Below, piece after piece: positions 60,901-64,000 of a DNA stretch of 64,000 bases. The stretch's first letter is position 1. Every line of letters begins with the position of its first letter. The notes under the pieces are model-generated. The model saw nothing but the letters and a program-made list of their open reading frames with translations, was not told the origin of the DNA and ran no database searches. Source of the stretch: Caecitellus pseudoparvulus (taxonomy: Eukaryota; Protista; Bigyra: Bicosoecida). The position numbers and the translations under genes are program-made. The stretch is from assembly GCA_965644315.1 (NCBI GenBank), contig CBFFRQ010000044.1, forward strand, positions 124,001 through 188,000, written 5' to 3'.

Positions 60901-63900
60901 GGGGCTCCGAGATATGGCGATCCTTCTATGCCTTCTGGCACGTTTGTCCTGCTTGAGGCACATCCGCCGGTTGGCGTGCGCCGGGAAACTCCAGTGAGTC
61001 TTTCCACCCCCTTTTCTCCTGGATCCAGGGCAGCTGCCGCCCTGGCCACTGTGGAACACGACAGTGCAACGCGCCAGCTGACACTCGCTGTCGGTGCACC
61101 AGGCGGTGGCGTTGTCCCAGGCAAAGTCTGGATGGTGAAGTTGGCTTTTAACGGCTCAGCATGGGATGAAGTGAGGCCCAGGGTATCACTCCTCAGCACT
61201 CAACTGCAAGTCCCGAAGGCCGTGTTCAGCTCAGCCCATCTTCTCGGGTCGTCGTTGGCCACTGTGCCTGACTTGGACGGCAATGGCCACACGGAGCTCC
61301 TAGTGGGAGCTCCCGGGTACCCAGTATTTGGAAATGGCCAGTCTGCGCAAGGCGCCGCTTTCCTGTTGTACTTGTCAGACGAAGGTGTGCAAGCGGTGCA
61401 CAGCGTCCATCAAGGTCTTGGCGCTGCGAGCTGCATACATCCCGATGTTGCGGGCTCGATGGGTGCAAGTATGGCGTTCACACCTGACGTTGACGGGGAT
61501 GGCATGCCAGAGCTGGTGTTCGGGCTGCCGACAGCAGGTTCCCTTCCCGACTTCGGGGCGGGAGTGGTGGGCATTCTTACATCCTCCGCCCGGCCTGTGC
61601 CTTACATCGAAGGTGCAGCTCATGCTCTCAATGCTTCCAGCTTTCACGATGCTGGGTTGTCTTCAATGCTTATGGGGAGTGCTTTTGGCAGCAGTGCGGC
61701 AGAGTGGCAGGGCGGACATGGCGGATCGTCAGTCCTGCTCGTTGGCGCGCCGCTGGCAACAGTGAGCGGCAGCGTTGAAGCTGGCGCGGTGCTCGCTTTC
61801 CAGTTTGATTCCCAGCGAGACACAGTATTTAATGTCAAAGTGCTCTCAGTCATGGATGCAGTTCTATCTCAACACCTTGCTGCGGGGTTCAGGTTCGGAG
61901 CTGCGATGGCAACGGTGGATTTGGACGGCGATGGGTACGACGAGCTGCTCGCCTCGTTCGTCAGCGGAACTGGTGATGGAGATGTCCTAGCCCTCAGCAT
62001 TACGCCTACCTGCGCTGTGGTTGGTGCTACGGCACTCGCAGGGTCCAACCCTGGCTTTGCAGCACAACTTGACGGCTTCCCTTCTCGCACCGGCGCGTTT
62101 GGATCATCCATCGCAGTTTCTCATGGTGCAAGAAATGATGGAAAGGTGCTGCTTCTGATTGGAGAACAGCTGAGGGACTTTTCAGAGACGATACCAGATG
62201 TTGGGGCTGTGTGGTTTCTTACGGTGACAAGCTCGCTCAACGTATCCTCCTTCTCCATTCTCGACAGCACCCAGCTTGGAAAGTTCGGGGTGAATGTTCT
62301 TGCTGCTGGCCACATGCACATTGGCTCGAGTTTAGCTATTCTGCCTCATGACCGAAGTGTGCCATTCCCTGGCTTGTTTTTATACCCTCGCGTGATGGTC
62401 GGGGCTGCAGGCCGGCCTGGCGACGCGGGGACCATCTTGAGCATGCGTGTGGACGACCACGCCGAAGTGGAGACAATTTCTGCTCTGAAGGCTACTTATC
62501 AAAGTCCCTTTGGGATGAACTCGGGTCAAGCGCTTGCGTCTGTGGGAGATGTAGACGGCAATGGCTTTTCCGACTTCTTGTGGGGGTTCCCCGGCGATGG
62601 CGGGTCTGCCGAGGACACGGGCAGCTTTGTGGGCTTCACGCTAGACATCACAAGGAACGCCTACGACTATTTCCGATTCTTGTTGGTGCCCCCGTACGAT
62701 CAGATCAACTTGGATCAAGGGGATGGCTTCGGGGCCGCCCTGATTGCTTTCCCACATAGTGGTGGAGGTGTGCAGCGACTTCGCTTCGGGGTCGGTGCGC
62801 CGTCGAAGGGCGCTTCTGGGCACCTATTCATCATGCAGACTGACTATGCACACGCGCCAGTGACTCAATCATCCCTGGGCATTGAGACTGTTGAGCACAT
62901 AAGCCAAGGTGAGACAATGGTTCTTGGTGGGGTGATGTTCGGCAGCGAGCTCGCAGCTGGGCTTGTCGCTGGCCTGTGGAACGAAGATTCGATACCAGAC
63001 GTTGTGATGCTGCAAGCTTTGACAAAGAGCTTCGCTTTCATGTTTTCAACTGCAAATGGTGGCCTTTGCTGCTCCCGGAACGTATCGTTGGCGTCGCTGC
63101 CCTTCTTCGCCAGTGTTACGTTTGAGTTGCTGCAAGGCGCTGCCCGCCTTTGCGACCTTGATGCTGATGGAATGGATGAACTGCTATTCACCGCTAACAT
63201 CCATGGAACACTGGGTGCAGAGGGCCGCGTGTTCATGCTGAGGCTCATGCACCCTCAGGAGCTGTCCGTATCGTCCATCTCGGCAGGCACACCGCTGGAG
63301 TCCTATTTGGACTTCTTGGTTGCAGGGAGTCGCTTCGCAGTAGCACTCTCCCCCTCGTTCAGTGCGAGCGGTGTTGGTCCTCACCGAGACGTTCTCGCAT
63401 TGAGCTTGGAAGGCGATTTCTCTCCCTATGCACTGCAGGTCATTCACTTTCAGCAGAATGGTTCGCTGAACGAAACTCAAAGTTTTCACTTCATCCCTGG
63501 GATAAGCCTGCTTGACTTGGCCAGCAACCCAGTCGTCCCGACGGGCTCTTTGGCGTTACTTTTGTCTGCAACTGGCACAACCACCTTTGCAGTGGGCTGC
63601 TCCAGCAGTGCCGGGCGTGATGTGGTGGTCCTCTTGAGGATTTCAGGAGTTGTCCCGCAGCAGCCTGCCGTCTTGGTCCCTGTTGAGACGATTGAGCCCT
63701 CAGCGAGGATGTTCACGTTCTCACCGCAGATTGGCATTGATGACGAGTGGGGCTCCGCTTTGGGTTCTGGTGACGTGGACGGGGACGGCTTGCCAGAGCT
63801 GCTGATCAGTGCACCTGCCAGAAACGCAACTGGATCCGCGTGGGCGTTGTCATTCTTCTCATACTCCACAGGAGTTGTCCGTGATGTTCTGTCACTCGAA

Positions 63901-64000
63901 GGCTGGGCTCCCCCGATTGCATCTTCACCAGCCGCACACCTGGCCACGAAGCATAGCTGCTACGGCGCGAGTGTAGCTGTTCTTCGCAGGCCTTGGACAG
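51901..64000 (+). CDS. Giant FG-GAP (integrin-alpha-like beta-propeller) repeat protein, >4,000 aa, 3' end beyond window
   Basis: Frame 1 is open from ATG 51901 to the window end. Hydrophobic leader LAHWLWLLAACAVA at ~52225-52266. Many FG…D.DGDG..DL.VGAP repeats: DFDDDGLLDLAVGVP (~52468), GDLNGDGVTDVAFGSPG (~53815), GDINGDGVGDLLVGSP (~54673), GDVDGDALGDLWVGAP (~55576), GDVDGDGLPELLISAP (~63769). The true start is uncertain. Confidence 0.88.
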   Translation, partial: MGHRSAPFLRPTRSRGTPSFSLPALNGATEAAEGVPGGIAHLGDTEVTVSVCHKPYGAGARCEQRRDQGGGAEASGVGSPACEALSPIVQASQERTLRSSRRGSRLPPLAHWLWLLAACAVARCGDGANPLARRGLLVADLVTQNHSTLPLPSHLPVLWTQHASMGAGGGLNVDSCTANSSQLLGAALAVLPDFDDDGLLDLAVGVPFHGPPDGRGSVFLYRMHWSGDRPAFSHCSFFTAPSPVDNQQVGASLAHLGDLAGNGTTALAAGAPGTLASAVYVLFLGPAGSVLGHTLITPDDLTPPFQATQVGNFGSALAAAGDYSGDGTMDMLVGAAGTGSTSGDILRVGLGMVPLRPNGTVHLESGQVCFFPGISQPLPTSLGSVPSSSFGGSALEVLRTHASGQVDFVLGFRGDEDRPFAYMSLLCSPTNTLQVLAATPLNSTRSGDLVFTPYAPAFFGNSLACAGDYDRDGIPDLLLGGQKYHAQDYGMLMALGSGGDKVPLNASAESQYVVAPAAAGVGVGIGSGATAKEFGAAAVVVPMLLPALFGNASLGRRMGLEGVDKAAMWIVSSVRSVAGITFIGTGLPARVQHCPSMQTVPSILPCEDDPGCVVHGDPQVMMGVNAHPQDFMSSVAVLGDLNGDGVTDVAFGSPGRTGPQQSSSSGAVSVVLVNEPGVAESVVVYSNSSVLPTLGIPPGFHPALEGAEFGFTLAPIDFNGDEHADLAVGCFLREQADAFAAFILQLSDGGQPLSGSSFSIAHDPGLNRVTVTKRGALASAGHLSNGRFGESRTVQDLVLGAPGLEDGPVVILALGEAGPTQALDSNVTIPVAEFYTGPLDLSGSVLGTSVAVELLDSSLVGPTHRVFVGAPELQDDIGNVMGGVFYVDLAESSEVPLLFIFHGSGAIFPTDGFGTRFGNSLASAGDINGDGVGDLLVGSPTWQPPSPPYAPVATGRVSLLLLHGLSEPVEHVPVEPSTGRGGFFRELQLDAGKFGAGVAVGHTSVSDPALSLFVVSSSTNITDELVVQAGALWQLGMKAEGSLNSAAAFATLPRQIPAFQVTGGAPSFFMSAPETPNDEPFPGADQHFGSAVAHIGVHDSMDFVAVSTATLRVDGTAAGDVFLLTVDEGGSINSSMLLLPLPPGSVIKTQDWFGFSLARIGQLDGVALDELAVGAPAPPGSGRPGAVHVLFLHEAGVLRSTHISASKFLGTDAIESSAGWSVSAAGDVDGDALGDLWVGAPDIDGLTPGLHQSGGAVLLRLSHKGTLKDGSVPFVLQGGSDPHFAPTSGERAGVALATTLRPEAHDLHCTLAMGSEGALEQGGVWLLNVHKNATVVSAEFLSAPPGSPLPAPGAFFGAALAWAGDVAGSTVPDLLVGAPGQQSMFGHQAAGAVWLLLDASPGSVGQAASISDGTRGLIGQGGGSVVSPYSAFGSSVAVMVQNSSLTLLVGAPGHDDRGYNSGGLLLLKLDTEVTERLDSLALSPFPVRRMLINASHDVAALDSPFPPTVPAAAFSVGAHDYQLGMGLSALSLVGDGSAFGLILSSSVDNSTGSLPGAVYLVRMALGPNMQASIESTVRVGITILGLGGIYSASAEFGAAVASIGDISGDGSGDLVVGVPGHAGSRGGAVILKVSPAAVQVEPYGHVVHGSFAALNQIFVPGARVGAAVAGLCDLAAIRRSALLLGSPGSSSQSATILVFDVGLSLVASATVTAPTPGAGFGSSVALIQAPTTLGPTLFAVGAPLSNFSAAAAGLVHLYSVYPSDLNHEEPTYLETIFPFGQLTGTQRMAFTNFQFGRSLATVGDFDGDGIGDMLIGTAGPATCAVIALSPNPASATPLANASVRIRDTFQGAFPGARSVSSMLGASVGVLPVPGGSSSLLAIGDPAVGEPGKVWLLESTVPVLQTCPEPRPPPLVNGVLPISNGSTNLNLGLDGAFGASITFLADSGGPFTPDFATGLIVVGAQCEVGVGGSRTSSGCASVQASSFGGVYLLSEDHTVVCRFTALERCGGVHGIWLTASTLFKSDPLLELGAAMAAIPDFSGNGIGDLAIGAPAADFQTFGACGAVFVIDVSTTSSNGLIAPQVQLHTTYPVSAFELGFGTLAEYDRFGSSITALCPHDDIFTQPSMLVGSPRAEAASKTASCNAGELSWVLRSPRQLGGGRVIKLDLASTAGVACGSEMGTSLEFIGLENTATGVAWRVAVGAPGSGLPEESIYLFDLNLPEAAPTPSVVGWHQIKASSLPGYAQPSPLHFGSALARAGDVNLDGHLDLWVGVPGREGLPGLDTGGVILLHGPLNTSDVATTALEPGLSGLRTQAQPSFGFGESLHQISVGSGVNSSTSLLIGAPQARVQGQPNYVGAVGRMFLRVGAPLRPNACDPPHVTRATFLSSVRDLDFNSSMVDLAQVGAASAFLGRWGQLGGHILATSMPLLRSEAENKEVGGIALLHLHSTENVSTSQFISAPHLLPLMTDSSDAWEDDLHFGAALATFHSNLGTGLLVGASQYKGRCGLVFSLIFTDASPTLVEVAGVQVAGPGVLFPSDVPVCSILEMGTSLASMPGLNNDQNTSFATGLPVWNMQGAVGLAKVGQDGRLFGGALLSQSTLSARFPQELSTGAQFGTSLAVVRSNVLGTSGTSQALLACGVPGAPVNNYASRGAIIILLVSSEGLVLGAPMVRLEPSELFLSDMQQHNLKLGRHMAAAGDIDGDGMGDLLVSLPEKGKAWIKFGAFSSANVTVQSHSWLPLGPGVSGWLSLEEDEPTLLDPGILLPPSFAPGAPLSMFLGERFSSRACGGSASACGGLWAVNTSLRALGPSQPLPWQPSACKVIGGDSGFLRLHLHVGNLFGSAVTHIPARGSSAGIGILAVGAPAFTAQGQSTLNTAGAVFLLRLRQDASYSQVLRLSEGMGQYGLERSLRTGGRLGSALAWVDSMQCLAIGSAAAGIPGKLVLAFLDTHTLSLLNTKEFDAPERLLDSTGGGNHPLFSASIADATASGSGPFSYIAVGAPRYGDPSMPSGTFVLLEAHPPVGVRRETPVSLSTPFSPGSRAAAALATVEHDSATRQLTLAVGAPGGGVVPGKVWMVKLAFNGSAWDEVRPRVSLLSTQLQVPKAVFSSAHLLGSSLATVPDLDGNGHTELLVGAPGYPVFGNGQSAQGAAFLLYLSDEGVQAVHSVHQGLGAASCIHPDVAGSMGASMAFTPDVDGDGMPELVFGLPTAGSLPDFGAGVVGILTSSARPVPYIEGAAHALNASSFHDAGLSSMLMGSAFGSSAAEWQGGHGGSSVLLVGAPLATVSGSVEAGAVLAFQFDSQRDTVFNVKVLSVMDAVLSQHLAAGFRFGAAMATVDLDGDGYDELLASFVSGTGDGDVLALSITPTCAVVGATALAGSNPGFAAQLDGFPSRTGAFGSSIAVSHGARNDGKVLLLIGEQLRDFSETIPDVGAVWFLTVTSSLNVSSFSILDSTQLGKFGVNVLAAGHMHIGSSLAILPHDRSVPFPGLFLYPRVMVGAAGRPGDAGTILSMRVDDHAEVETISALKATYQSPFGMNSGQALASVGDVDGNGFSDFLWGFPGDGGSAEDTGSFVGFTLDITRNAYDYFRFLLVPPYDQINLDQGDGFGAALIAFPHSGGGVQRLRFGVGAPSKGASGHLFIMQTDYAHAPVTQSSLGIETVEHISQGETMVLGGVMFGSELAAGLVAGLWNEDSIPDVVMLQALTKSFAFMFSTANGGLCCSRNVSLASLPFFASVTFELLQGAARLCDLDADGMDELLFTANIHGTLGAEGRVFMLRLMHPQELSVSSISAGTPLESYLDFLVAGSRFAVALSPSFSASGVGPHRDVLALSLEGDFSPYALQVIHFQQNGSLNETQSFHFIPGISLLDLASNPVVPTGSLALLLSATGTTTFAVGCSSSAGRDVVVLLRISGVVPQQPAVLVPVETIEPSARMFTFSPQIGIDDEWGSALGSGDVDGDGLPELLISAPARNATGSAWALSFFSYSTGVVRDVLSLEGWAPPIASSPAAHLATKHSCYGASVAVLRRPWT

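Noticed and set aside
51959-63947. Many short ORFs on both strands
   Set aside because: They are shadows of the single open frame-1 FG-GAP gene.

Overview
GC-rich, gene-dense eukaryotic (protist) DNA. It has short GT-AG introns (mostly 64-77 nt, donors GTGAGT/GTGCGT/GTACGT, acceptor CAG) and very short intergenic gaps. A phagotrophic stramenopile such as a bicosoecid is plausible, but that is inference only. The left arm holds a >5,000-aa secreted or surface protein (C-type lectin, Gly-rich, Cys-rich and FN3-like repeats) that runs off the left edge, and the right arm holds a >4,000-aa FG-GAP (integrin-alpha-like) repeat protein that runs off the right edge. Neither appears in the ORF track because it has no stop codon in the window. 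Between them are tRNA-Ile(AAT), a large coiled-coil protein, a double tetraspanin-like/adhesin-like membrane protein, an aspartyl protease, UAP1, a USP deubiquitinase, a HAD hydrolase, ELF1, NSF and DBT. The main discovery is a nested DNA-transposon system starting 16 bp downstream of the tRNA. The outer element (16502-28380, ~11.9 kb) is Plavaka/CMC-like, with CCGTCAC termini, a 2-bp TG target duplication, dense inverted CACTAG subterminal arrays, an intact 1088-aa transposase and a divergent spliced orphan gene. It carries an apparently complete 5,010-bp Harbinger element (22653-27662; 17-bp TIRs, CAG TSD, two convergent genes) inserted outside both identified host-element genes.
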